The notes under the pieces: model-generated
What the model saw: the letters and a program-made list of their open reading frames with translations, nothing else
What the model was told of the DNA's origin: nothing
The model's database searches: none
Part shown: positions 47,258 to 56,771 of the stretch, in pieces
Layout of the letters: the number at the start of each line of letters is the position of its first letter
Position numbering within the stretch: position 1 is the stretch's first letter
Translations under genes and position numbers: made by a program
From: Microseira sp. BLCC-F43
GTDB lineage: Bacteria > Cyanobacteriota > Cyanobacteriia > Cyanobacteriales > Aerosakkonemataceae
DNA length: 58,364 nucleotides
Assembly (NCBI RefSeq): GCF_041929235.1
Contig: NZ_JBHFNP010000225.1
Location: 1 to 58,364, forward strand
Direction of reading: 5' to 3'

Positions 47258-48433
47258 ATGGCGCTTAATTTAGCAAATCTTTGTTTGCTACCACCCCAGG
47301 ATTTACTTAGCAGTTACCAATTGAGTCAGCCCGTCGCCATTGGGGTAAATCAGGCACTAACGCAATTTCAACAGGCTTTATCTGGCGAGGAATCTTTGCA
47401 TGGGAATACTATCAATGCCGCCTTGCAGCAACTCACCCCAGTGGAAGTCATTCCCCTGGCGGAAGAATTCTCCACTGGCACTAACCTCAAGTGCCAGCAA
47501 GTTCACGAGTTTGACCGCTATATGGAACTCCAACATGTTAAAACTAAAGAACCTGCTAAGTTAATAGTTGCGAGCCTGTTGAGAGCTTATTTAGGTTTTT
47601 TAGAACTCAGTACAAGTCTGAGTTTTAATCCTAACAAAGCCTTGGTAAAATCTGGATTTACAACTTATGCTGTTCTCTTAAGAAGAGCGTTCGGACTACA
47701 GGAATATAATTGCGATGATAATATCAACGATAGCCATAATTATAATAGCAAACCAAACCTCACTCTTTCTCCGCTTCAGATATGGAAGAAAGGACATTGG
47801 GTATTTTTAGTATTTAGCCAAGGGTTAATTTTGAGTTTAAATCGCTTGGTTGATGCCATTGGTAACGACCAACTCGACCAAGCAAAACTTGAGTTAGAAA
47901 CTGCTGCTGAACTGATGTACGCATCGGGAGCAGCAATGAAATTAACTGGGAACTTCACTAGAGAGAAATATGAAAGTGAAATTCGCCCTACTATGATTGC
48001 AGGTAATCCCCAGTCGTTGGTAGAGTCAGAGAATTTAAGTGGGTTAATGATGTGGGATCACGATTATCTCATCAATGTCATTTGCAAGCAGAAGCTACTG
48101 CGAATCATGAAAACTTTACCCAGCATCCTCGCAGCCGAACACGAAAAATTTGTCCGATCTTATCAATGCGGCATATCTGATGGACACAAGAGTATTTGTG
48201 CGGAATTTGGAGGGGGTGAAATAGGGTCTTTGATAGCCGCTTCCGAAAGTAGTGCAGCTATCAAAACTTTGGAAAAATTTGAAAATAGCAGAGTCAAACT
48301 ACTCGACCCTACGGGTCGAATAAAGGGTGGCTGTCCGGTAAATATGACTCTAAGAGCAAAGGCTTCTCTGGAAATGATTCAATCTTGGAAGAAAAGAAAA
48401 AAAACTCAACACCATCACCATCCCGAATCCTGA
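47258..48433 (+). CDS. Hypothetical protein (391 aa) with a C-terminal KKRKKTQHHHHPES tail. First gene of the candidate terpene cluster.
   Basis: Clean ORF, co-directional and closely spaced with the next three genes. No motif recognised. Confidence 0.4.
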   Translation: MALNLANLCLLPPQDLLSSYQLSQPVAIGVNQALTQFQQALSGEESLHGNTINAALQQLTPVEVIPLAEEFSTGTNLKCQQVHEFDRYMELQHVKTKEPAKLIVASLLRAYLGFLELSTSLSFNPNKALVKSGFTTYAVLLRRAFGLQEYNCDDNINDSHNYNSKPNLTLSPLQIWKKGHWVFLVFSQGLILSLNRLVDAIGNDQLDQAKLELETAAELMYASGAAMKLTGNFTREKYESEIRPTMIAGNPQSLVESENLSGLMMWDHDYLINVICKQKLLRIMKTLPSILAAEHEKFVRSYQCGISDGHKSICAEFGGGEIGSLIAASESSAAIKTLEKFENSRVKLLDPTGRIKGGCPVNMTLRAKASLEMIQSWKKRKKTQHHHHPES

Positions 48434-48516
48434 ATCTTCTTTAGAGTTTACAAGTATAAAATGACTCTGGGACTCAAAGGCTGATAATCTGTGTATAAAT
48501 TCACCACGGCAAACCA

Positions 48517-49890
48517 ATGACATTAGAAAAAGAAAGCTTGGGATTACTTCAAGAAGCACTAGCACGACTAGAAGAAGGTTTTCACAACCTACCAAAATGC
48601 TCGCGCTCTCCTAACCTAGATGCTATGAGAACCGTGCTGTTGGAAGTCGCAGAACGGATGCAGGATAATTATCCCTACCACCATCCCCTCTACGCTGGGC
48701 AAATGCTCAAACCTCCCACAGAAATTGCCCGTCTTGCTTATACTTTATCCCTTTGGATCAATCCCAACAATCACGCCCAAGATGGTGGACGGGCAAGTTC
48801 GGCAATGGAGAAAGAAGCAGTTGCAGAAATTGCCAAAATGTTCGGTTGGGAAACTCATTTAGGACATCTGACCAGTGGCGGCACAATGGCGAATTTAGAG
48901 GGATTATGGGTGGCAGGAAATTTACAACCAAACAAAAAAATAGTCGCCTCTAATCAAGCACACTACACCCATGAAAGAATTTGCGGCGTGCTTCGCCTTC
49001 CTTTCCAATCCGTTCCTTGCGACAGTCGCGCCCGGATGGATGTATCAGCGCTGAAAAAACTGCTACAAGAAGGTGATATTGGCACGGTTGTTGTGACGAT
49101 GGGGACGACGGGAATGGGTGCTGTCGATCCCCTACCAGAAATTCTCGCACTTCAGGCTGAATATGAGTTCCGCATCCATGCCGATACCGCCTACGGCGGT
49201 TACTTTACTTTGGCAGATAATCTTGATGCCGAAACAAGAGCCGCTTTTGATTGTCTCAAACAAGTTGATTCCATTGTTGTCGATCCGCACAAACATGGAC
49301 TCCAACCTTATGGCTGTGGCTGCATTCTTTTCAAAGATCCCTCTCTTGGGAAGCTTTATCAACATAATTCGCCCTACACTTACTTTAGCTCTGAGGAATT
49401 GCATTTAGGTGAAATTAGCCTCGAATGTTCCAGACCGGGTTCATCTGCGGTAGCACTCTGGGCAACTCAACGTTTACTACCTACAATTCCAGGCGGTGAG
49501 TTTGCTGCTTATTTGAGTAAGTCGCGAACAGCAGCACTTACTTTTTTTGAGAAACTGCAAAATGATTCGCGATTTATAGTGCCTTTTACGCCGCAATTGG
49601 ACATTGTTGTTTGGGCTGTAAAATCTCAGAGTGCAAGCGAATCTTCACGACTGGCAAAGGATATTTTTCAAGTGGCAGGACAGGAAAATCTCCATCTAGC
49701 TACGGCGAATGTATCAAAAGAACTATTTTTAGAGACTGGGGCAGGAATTAATTGGGATATTGACTCTATTACCTGTCTGCGGTCTTGTCTGATGAAACCC
49801 GAACATCTGGATTGGATAGACAGTATTTGGCAGACGCTTGACTTAGTAACAACAAAGGTAATGAGAGAGGCTGTGTCAATAGCTACTTAG
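48517..49890 (+). CDS. PLP-dependent amino-acid decarboxylase (group II, fold-type I).
   Basis: HPLYAGQMLKPP resembles the HP.Y.gqm block of group II decarboxylases. The putative PLP-lysine region DSIVVDPHKHGLQPYGCGCILF, and a length of 457 aa. Confidence 0.65.
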   Translation: MTLEKESLGLLQEALARLEEGFHNLPKCSRSPNLDAMRTVLLEVAERMQDNYPYHHPLYAGQMLKPPTEIARLAYTLSLWINPNNHAQDGGRASSAMEKEAVAEIAKMFGWETHLGHLTSGGTMANLEGLWVAGNLQPNKKIVASNQAHYTHERICGVLRLPFQSVPCDSRARMDVSALKKLLQEGDIGTVVVTMGTTGMGAVDPLPEILALQAEYEFRIHADTAYGGYFTLADNLDAETRAAFDCLKQVDSIVVDPHKHGLQPYGCGCILFKDPSLGKLYQHNSPYTYFSSEELHLGEISLECSRPGSSAVALWATQRLLPTIPGGEFAAYLSKSRTAALTFFEKLQNDSRFIVPFTPQLDIVVWAVKSQSASESSRLAKDIFQVAGQENLHLATANVSKELFLETGAGINWDIDSITCLRSCLMKPEHLDWIDSIWQTLDLVTTKVMREAVSIAT

Positions 49891-49965
49891 GAGCATGGAT
49901 TAAGTAACATCCAAAACTTGTAGGTTGGGTTTCGTCAATTAAGTTAACTAGGGGAGGGATTTTCA

Positions 49966-50919
49966 ATGGCTCGAATTCGACGCTCAGACATTCCCGAATT
50001 TTATTGCCCGATAGAAGTAAGATTGAACGAGCATACTGATAAGGCTGAGAAAAACAGCTGGGAATGGGTGCGTAAATTTGGCCTTGTTCCAGAGGGAGGG
50101 GTCGAGTATCGAGCTTTGCAAGCAGAGAAAGCAGCTTGGTTGGTCGGTTACACTAATCCCGATGCTGCGGCAGATGACCTTTATTTGATAAGTGACTTCA
50201 TGACTTGGATATGCATTTATGACGATCTGTCTGACGCTGCAAATTTAGGGAAACATCCGGATAAATTATCTATTTTGCATCAACGCTTGGTGGATGTATT
50301 AAACGGTGCTGATGTCAGCGGTCAAGATGATAACTTGACTCAAGCATTACAAGACATTTGCCAACGGTTAATCCAAAGAACAAGTTGTGAATGGGTTGAG
50401 CGTTTTGCCAGGGATGTAGAACAGCAACTCCAAGGATTTGTATGGGAATCTACCAATCGTTTAGCGGGGATTACGCCAGATTTGTCTAGCTATGTAAAAT
50501 TACGTCCCTACTCGCTAACCATATTTCCCAACTTGGATTTAACTTGGGTTTCCCAGGATATTCCAGCGAATGCTAAATTCTTGAGACACATTTATGTCCA
50601 ACAGATGACCGTGATGGTATGCAATCATATCGGTTGGACAAATGACGTATTGGGAATCAATAGAGAGTTGCGGGAGGAAAATCCTCATAACATAGTCCTT
50701 GTACTACAGCAAGAATATAACCTCTCGCTGCAAGATGCTGTCAAACGAGCGGTGGAAATGTGCAATGCTGAGGTCAAAGCATTTCTTAACTTAGAATCGC
50801 GTCTGCCCTCGTTTGGTGAGACGGAAGATATAAGTCTGAAACGCTACATTGACGGACTGCGTTCCTGGATACGGGGTCATTTAAATTGGTGCTCTGAAAC
50901 TGCACGCTATCCTTTTTAA
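49966..50919 (+). CDS. Class I terpene synthase (bacterial terpene cyclase, sesquiterpene-synthase-like).
   Basis: Aspartate-rich DDLSD at about residues 86-90 (ICIYDDLSDAAN). An NSE/DTE triad NDVLGINRE roughly 140 residues later. A conserved Arg in LRPYS, and a C-terminal RY pair (ETARYPF). At 317 aa it is a single-domain enzyme. Confidence 0.75.
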   Translation: MARIRRSDIPEFYCPIEVRLNEHTDKAEKNSWEWVRKFGLVPEGGVEYRALQAEKAAWLVGYTNPDAAADDLYLISDFMTWICIYDDLSDAANLGKHPDKLSILHQRLVDVLNGADVSGQDDNLTQALQDICQRLIQRTSCEWVERFARDVEQQLQGFVWESTNRLAGITPDLSSYVKLRPYSLTIFPNLDLTWVSQDIPANAKFLRHIYVQQMTVMVCNHIGWTNDVLGINRELREENPHNIVLVLQQEYNLSLQDAVKRAVEMCNAEVKAFLNLESRLPSFGETEDISLKRYIDGLRSWIRGHLNWCSETARYPF

Positions 50920-50996
50920 GGGCACGAAGACTCTCCCCGTCCGATGAGCGATCGCACTAAACCGGGAGGTGGTAAAAAAATACTGACAAATCTTGC

Positions 50997-51755
50997 TTGA
51001 ATCGTCGGGTGGCACAAGATGCGATCCGCAAGTTGCGGACGGTTTTGCGATCGCACCAAGTTCGCTTCATCCAACTGGCAAGCAGACCAGAACACCTCAT
51101 AACCAAATCTATGCAATTTCTCGATAAAAACAACGAAATTATATTCCAAACGATGAACCATAGCGATATTGAAGAGACTGCTATTTGTATTTCCCAGGTT
51201 TTTTCAAGTTTTGAACCCCTCGCCAAAGCCCTAAAAATTTCCTTGAATGAGATGTATCGCTTGGCTTTACCTGTTTGTGAGAAAACGGCAGATGAAGCAA
51301 TTTCGATAATTGCTAAAGCTCGAAACACAAAAGAGGTAGTGGGTTTCATTATTTCCGAAAATTTTATGACAATTCATCCAGACCATCTGGGTATTGATAA
51401 TAAGTTTGAAGCACTTTTTTCTTGGCTGTCAGAACTGGAAGAAAAATACCGAAGCCGTAATCCGATTAAAGCTGGACAGGTACTGCATATTTTTATGCTG
51501 GGAGTCCAAGAGAAATACACTAAGAGACATATTGCCACAACCTTAGTGAAAGAAAACTTGAACTTAGCTAAACACCATAACTTTGAAATTGCTATTGCTG
51601 AGGCTACCGGAGTTGCTTCTCAGCACATATTTCGCAACCTTGGGTTTACTGAAGAGTTTGCCATTGAATACAAGTCATACAAGTTCAAGGGGAAAAACAT
51701 TTTTAGTTCTATTGAGCATCCTTCTAGTTGTCTATTGATGTCCTCTCCAATTTGA
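50997..51755 (+). CDS. GNAT-family N-acetyltransferase.
   Basis: An acetyl-CoA-binding-like region VLHIFMLGVQEKYTKRHIATTLV and a C-terminal FRNLGFTEEF. The true start may be an internal Met at 51111 or 51153. Confidence 0.55.
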   Translation: MNRRVAQDAIRKLRTVLRSHQVRFIQLASRPEHLITKSMQFLDKNNEIIFQTMNHSDIEETAICISQVFSSFEPLAKALKISLNEMYRLALPVCEKTADEAISIIAKARNTKEVVGFIISENFMTIHPDHLGIDNKFEALFSWLSELEEKYRSRNPIKAGQVLHIFMLGVQEKYTKRHIATTLVKENLNLAKHHNFEIAIAEATGVASQHIFRNLGFTEEFAIEYKSYKFKGKNIFSSIEHPSSCLLMSSPI

Positions 51756-51891
51756 AGAGTTTTTCTTCGGTTAAGTGTTTCATTTAGGGTAAACACTTCT
51801 AAATGAAGTTGACAAAAATATCTATTTATGTATCTGTTGAAAGAGTATTGACACTCCCCCGCTTAAAAGACGGGGGATTCTGTACTCAACG

Positions 51892-52599
51892 TCAGAGTTT
51901 GCTCGCTTCAGGGTTGCTCCAACTAGCGTAGTGACTCCAACTCCGGAGCGCGTTACTTTGGGGATGCCCTCCCCTAGCTTGCAATGCAAGATTTAAAATG
52001 TTTATTGCCGCGTTTTCATCTCTATTTAACCTGCATCCACACTTACAGATGTGGGTACGAGTTGATAGAGACTTTTTCACAATTGCCCCACAATTACTAC
52101 AGTTTTGACTGGTATATCGTGGGTTAACCGCAACAGCTTCTCGGTTAAACTTGCAAGCATTATACTCAACCCATTGTCTAAATTGCGTCCATCCAGCATC
52201 GCTATCCCCCCAACCCCCCTTATTAAGGGGGGCGAAGGGGGGATGGTTTTTGACCATATTGCGAACACTTAAATCTTCATAAGCTACTAAGTCGTTAGAC
52301 TTGACTACGCAACGCGCCAATCTTTTGGCGTGTTCATTACGCTGCCTACTTACTCTTAAGTGTTTCTTAGCAAATCGCTTTCTTGCATGAGATCGCCCAT
52401 TTTTACCCTTTTCTTTCTTGTAGATGCGACGCTGAGCATGTTTAATAGACTGTTCAGCTTTCTTTAGAAAGCGTGGATTTTCTTCCTGATGTCCGTTGGA
52501 ATCAGTATAGAAATACTCAAAGAGCAAAATGACGGGGGTCCCAAGTTCCCGTATACTGATACTCGGATTCTTTATAGAGAATGCCAATATTATCTTCAT
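51892..52599 (-). pseudogene. tnpB: IS200/IS605-family TnpB (OrfB), C-terminal fragment lacking the N-terminal domain.
   Basis: A RuvC-like region and the zinc finger CSNCGAIVKKSLSTRTHICKCGCRLNRDENAAINI. Only ~235 aa are present. Its 5' end overlaps the end of the 676-aa gene. Confidence 0.65.
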
Positions 52600-54547
52600 T
52601 GGTCAAAGGAACTGATTCTAAAATTCCTATTCCTTGGCCTCCATCTGTCGAATTTTTCAGATATTTATAACTAACATAGGCGCGATACAAAAGACTTGGG
52701 TAACGCATATCCATGGGTAGCTCAGCTTGTATTAGGTCATGTCGTTCCTCCTCTAGGCTGCTTAATTCTTTTCTGGTAATATCTAGCAGCAGGGACATAT
52801 TTTTATCCTGAAGATTAACCATAAAGATATGGCCTATATTGTCACATAAGACTATGCGATTAGGCATCGCTCCTTCAAATCGTACCCGTTGCGGTTCAGC
52901 AGCAGGAAAAAAGGCTCTCGCGGCTCTGGTTTGTCCAATTGTGAAACCATCATCATTGAAAACTATATGCCAACACCCTGAAGGACGCAACTCAGTAGAA
53001 CGCTCCCCAATTCCTATTCTGTCGATGTTAAAAATCCACCTTTCATCAGGATCGTTGGAAGCTTTGATTTTAATATTGATATCCTGCTCGCTTAAGACTA
53101 CAGCGTAAGTTCCACCATTACCTTCCAATCTGTAAGTTAAATTGGACTTTTCAATATCTGCAAGCTGAGGAATTACAACAGTTCGTCTGGCTTTGTCTAA
53201 CTTTACCGTGACAGTAGTAGGTCTATATTGACATCGGAATTGATCGATGGCAAAGTCTGAGGTTGCCCAGTAATCATAGTAAAACTTCTCATAAAAATGA
53301 GATTCAATTGTGCGGAGTGCATTTATACCAGGGCTGCTAAAATTCTCTTGCCAAAGTGGTGATACTGTGCCGTGCTTATAATCGAAAACCATCTCGATAT
53401 CTCTGGGCAAGACAATCACATCTACATTGGTATTCTGTAATTGTACCGTTTGAGGGCAACCAAGTCCTTCCCGAACACTAAGAAGTGGTAGAGTTTTCGC
53501 TCTACTATTACCTACCCAACCCACATCGGGACCGGCCGAGAAACTATCAGTATTGTTGACTTTAGTGTGAGCCGCTCCGGGGTGATCTGGATTAACTTGA
53601 TAGAGATATTGACTACCAAAGGTCAGCCGTCGTCCTAGGAGGTCAATTTCGGTGATAACTGCCCCTCCTTTAGGTTTCAAGGCTGATTGAATGCCCTGAT
53701 ATTGATCGGCTGCTTGGTAAGTCATACCCCTGCTACCATCAGAGTTAGCAGCGTAGCCCTGAGCAATTGTACCAAAGGGTTCAGCTACCTTTTCTGCATT
53801 CTCAGTTCTTTGGGCATATAGTGCTACTAAGGTGGGAATTCCTGCCGCTAACCCAGCAAGGGGGACTGCGATCGCTCCCAAGATGGAAGCTGCGGTAGAA
53901 GCGCCGATAATTCCTAACCCCAGGGAAAGCAAAGAAGTGGCAGTTGCTGTAACATCAAAGACCAAAGTTGTAGTAATCGAAGCTCGTTCAGGAGTGGATG
54001 AAGTCTTAGAAAGGACAATGCCATCTAAGATGACATTTCCTATACTCAAAAGAACGCCCAAGCCTTCTGTGAGAGAGGTTTTCACCACAGTGGTGACTAA
54101 GCTTTCGGAAACTTCCTTGGCTACAGCGCCGCTATTTCTTAAAGCCGGTATGATCTCAGTGATTACTTGAGATACTTCTGTGACCACACCATGGCCGTAT
54201 TGGGTTAAGTTCCAATAGCTTTGTACTCCCACTGCTAGATCTAAATCTGGGTTATCAGATTTCTCATACAACTCTCCCTCTGCAACCCAATTGATAACGG
54301 TTTTAACTAAGTCCGCTTTATTAGCGCCGACCCCAACCCCAGCAGATACACTACTACTGGCAGTTTTAGAGGTTACCTGACCTGTGAGGGAATCAACTTG
54401 AAACATTTCTCCCAGATTTTGGGCTTGTTCGTTGAAAAAGGTGCGGAAATTCTCAAAAGTTGGATCATTGGTTTCAATCCAGCGAGTCTCATCTAGATTG
54501 TTCTTGTTAATGAACTGAACACGGTATTGACCTGCTGTAGCTTCCAC
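52517..54547 (-). CDS. Large hypothetical membrane-associated protein (676 aa as called). It likely had an N-terminal extension that is now interrupted by an in-frame TAA.
   Basis: A central Gly/Ala-rich hydrophobic block LLSLGLGIIGASTAASILGAIAVPLAGLAAGIPTLVALYA. The called GTG start has no RBS. A strong RBS plus ATG lies at 54697, and 22 codons later an in-frame TAA at 54629..54631. Confidence 0.5.
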   Translation of the reverse strand: MEATAGQYRVQFINKNNLDETRWIETNDPTFENFRTFFNEQAQNLGEMFQVDSLTGQVTSKTASSSVSAGVGVGANKADLVKTVINWVAEGELYEKSDNPDLDLAVGVQSYWNLTQYGHGVVTEVSQVITEIIPALRNSGAVAKEVSESLVTTVVKTSLTEGLGVLLSIGNVILDGIVLSKTSSTPERASITTTLVFDVTATATSLLSLGLGIIGASTAASILGAIAVPLAGLAAGIPTLVALYAQRTENAEKVAEPFGTIAQGYAANSDGSRGMTYQAADQYQGIQSALKPKGGAVITEIDLLGRRLTFGSQYLYQVNPDHPGAAHTKVNNTDSFSAGPDVGWVGNSRAKTLPLLSVREGLGCPQTVQLQNTNVDVIVLPRDIEMVFDYKHGTVSPLWQENFSSPGINALRTIESHFYEKFYYDYWATSDFAIDQFRCQYRPTTVTVKLDKARRTVVIPQLADIEKSNLTYRLEGNGGTYAVVLSEQDINIKIKASNDPDERWIFNIDRIGIGERSTELRPSGCWHIVFNDDGFTIGQTRAARAFFPAAEPQRVRFEGAMPNRIVLCDNIGHIFMVNLQDKNMSLLLDITRKELSSLEEERHDLIQAELPMDMRYPSLLYRAYVSYKYLKNSTDGGQGIGILESVPLTNEDNIGILYKESEYQYTGTWDPRHFAL

Positions 54548-55192
54548 ATTTTGAATTATCGGTACCCAGTTAGAGTCAAGTTGAGCCTGCTGGTTAAGGG
54601 TTTTGACCGCTTGGGTCCAACGCTCAGTTTAGGTATCTAGGATTTTTTGAACCAAAAAACTACGACCAAATCCAGACATAGCAGAGTTTTGAACCATTTT
54701 ATATCTTCCTCTCTAAATTAAACATTACTTACGCCAAGTCTCTATCTGTAGCGTGTCATCTGGTAACCGCGCCATCTCCTGCGGCGAGAGCAGTTGGTAG
54801 GGAATGCTATAGCAGTGCGCTCTCGCGTATTTACGTACGAATGTTCTAGTAGCCTGCTGATAAAGCTTCTATTTCTAATGTGTAAACACACCAGCGCTCA
54901 TTGCTATAACTTGGTCAAGTGCAGCACGGGATATATCTACCAAATCTCTTCGAGTGTAGCACAGATCTAAAGAGCCGCTTTCAACGTAGTGCGTCTTGCC
55001 CAGCGTATTCCACAACTTCTCCCAGCCAATGAACGCTGCATCGACCATCCGAGAGTAACCAGGTGAAGCGCTGTGAGCATAAAGGTTTCAGAAATACAAT
55101 CTATGTCCACTCACGGCTTAATATAGGGAGTAATTACTAGAACCACAAAAACAAGGACATTCCCCGAATAAGTAGTACATCGATCGCGACAT

Positions 55193-56338
55193 ATGTTATC
55201 ATCGGCATCACTCGAATTACCCGCGACTGTCGTGTACACTGCCCTCAAGACCAAGTTAAAACTCACCCCTGCCCAAGCGGTGTTAATGGCAAAACACGCG
55301 GGGATTGCTCGGTTTACTTTTAACTGGGGACTCTTAACATGGATCGCGCTCTATTCTGAGGGGTTGAAGCCCAATACTTTGGTGTTGAAAAAGTTTTTTA
55401 ACAATCACGTGAAGCCTGTCTATCCTTGGATGAAAGAACCAGGCATTTGTCAAAAAGTGACCCAATATGCCTTCGAGCATCTGGGTAGGGCATTCGGTAA
55501 CTTTTTTTCGGGGAAAGCAAGTTATCCAAAGTTCAAGAAAAAGGGTCAGCACGATAGTTTTACCATCGATGCTAGTGGCAGACCGCTCGCCGTGGGCGGT
55601 ACGAGATTGAAGTTACCCACAATTGGCTGGGTATCAACTTATGAAGGTTTGCCCCACGTCACCACCAAAAAATTTACCATTTCACAAGCATCTGGCAACT
55701 GGTATATCAGTTTTACCTATGAAATAGAGCCTGAATTTACGTCTAAATCCCGTGACTTTATAGGTGTAGATTTGGGAGTAAAACAGCTAGCTACCCTGTC
55801 GAGCGGCATGGTAATTGCCAACCCCCAGGCTTTGAAGAAAGCACGGTCGCTTTTAGCGAGATTGCAGCGCCAGTTGCAGCGCAAACAAAAAGGTAGCAAA
55901 AGATATCACCGACAAAAGTTAAGGTTAGCAGCAGCTCATCAACGAGTAAAAAACATCAGACTCGATGCTACTCATAAAGCTACGACTTATATATGCAAAA
56001 ACCACGCCGTTGTTGTAGCAATTGAGGACTTAAATGTATCGGGAATGATGGCTAACCATAAACTAGCGGGTGCTGTTGCGGATGCCAATTTTTACGAATT
56101 CAGGCGACAAATTGAGTACAAAGCACAGCGCTACGGTTCCTGTGTCGTTTTAGTAGATCGGTGGTATCCATCAACTCAGTTATGTTCTAACTGCAAAGGA
56201 CAGCAGCCGATGTCTCTTAGCGATAGGATTTATGAGTGTTCGGCTTGTGGATTTGTAGCCGAGAGAGATTTCAATGCTGCTGTGAATTTAGAACAATATG
56301 CTCGGAGGGCTAAGCCGAGCCTGGACACAGAGGGTTAA
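55193..56338 (+). CDS. tnpB: IS200/IS605-family transposase accessory protein TnpB (RNA-guided endonuclease type), apparently intact.
   Basis: 381 aa. RuvC-I region FIGVDLGVKQLATLSSG, RuvC-II AIEDLNVSGM, zinc finger CSNCKGQQPMSLSDRIYECSACGFVAERDFNAAVN. Confidence 0.8.
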   Translation: MLSSASLELPATVVYTALKTKLKLTPAQAVLMAKHAGIARFTFNWGLLTWIALYSEGLKPNTLVLKKFFNNHVKPVYPWMKEPGICQKVTQYAFEHLGRAFGNFFSGKASYPKFKKKGQHDSFTIDASGRPLAVGGTRLKLPTIGWVSTYEGLPHVTTKKFTISQASGNWYISFTYEIEPEFTSKSRDFIGVDLGVKQLATLSSGMVIANPQALKKARSLLARLQRQLQRKQKGSKRYHRQKLRLAAAHQRVKNIRLDATHKATTYICKNHAVVVAIEDLNVSGMMANHKLAGAVADANFYEFRRQIEYKAQRYGSCVVLVDRWYPSTQLCSNCKGQQPMSLSDRIYECSACGFVAERDFNAAVNLEQYARRAKPSLDTEG

Positions 56339-56438
56339 TTGCGCCGTCGCTCCCTGTTGAAGTGTCAACTAATGTCGGGCATTGTCCGGGTTTTAGATAG
56401 CAGTACCTCACGGTAGCGAAACGATTAATCTCCCCCGT

Positions 56439-56636
56439 TTGTTTATGTCTAATATTGCCTTACGGGGAGGCGTTGCACCTGCCCGTGCGTATATTCCCGA
56501 ACTGCTGGCTGATGTAGTGGCTGGTAAAATTGACCCCTCACCCGTTCTCGATATGACCGTCGAACTCGATGGTGTGCCAGGGGGGTATGCCGCGATGGAT
56601 AGCCGAGAAGCGATTAAAGTAATGGTGCGACCGTGA
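56439..56636 (+). pseudogene. C-terminal remnant of a zinc-dependent alcohol dehydrogenase / formaldehyde-dehydrogenase-like gene.
   Basis: RGGVAPARAYIPELLADVVAGKIDPSPVLDMTVELDGVPGGYAAMDSREAIKVMVRP matches the C-terminal tail of MDR-family Zn-ADHs. The rest of the gene is absent. Confidence 0.45.
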
Positions 56637-56771
56637 ACTACCTACGCTCCAGCAAGCTGTGAGTGTAGGCTTCTAGCATTCCTGAGAACTACTAGAACTT
56701 CCTCCCTTGGTACTATTGGTAGTAGAGTCAGTTAATACAGGATTCCCTCAAAGGCATCCCCCCTGCCCCCC

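Noticed and set aside
54870-55080. Minus-strand peptide ..VDAAFIGWEKLWNTLGKTHYVESGSLDLCYTRRDLVDISRAALDQVIAMSAGVFTH, taken as a possible transposase (tnpA or DDE) C-terminus.
   Set aside because: I could not match it to IS200 TnpA (HUH/Y1) or DDE motifs. It may be a remnant of an unrelated gene, so I left it unannotated.
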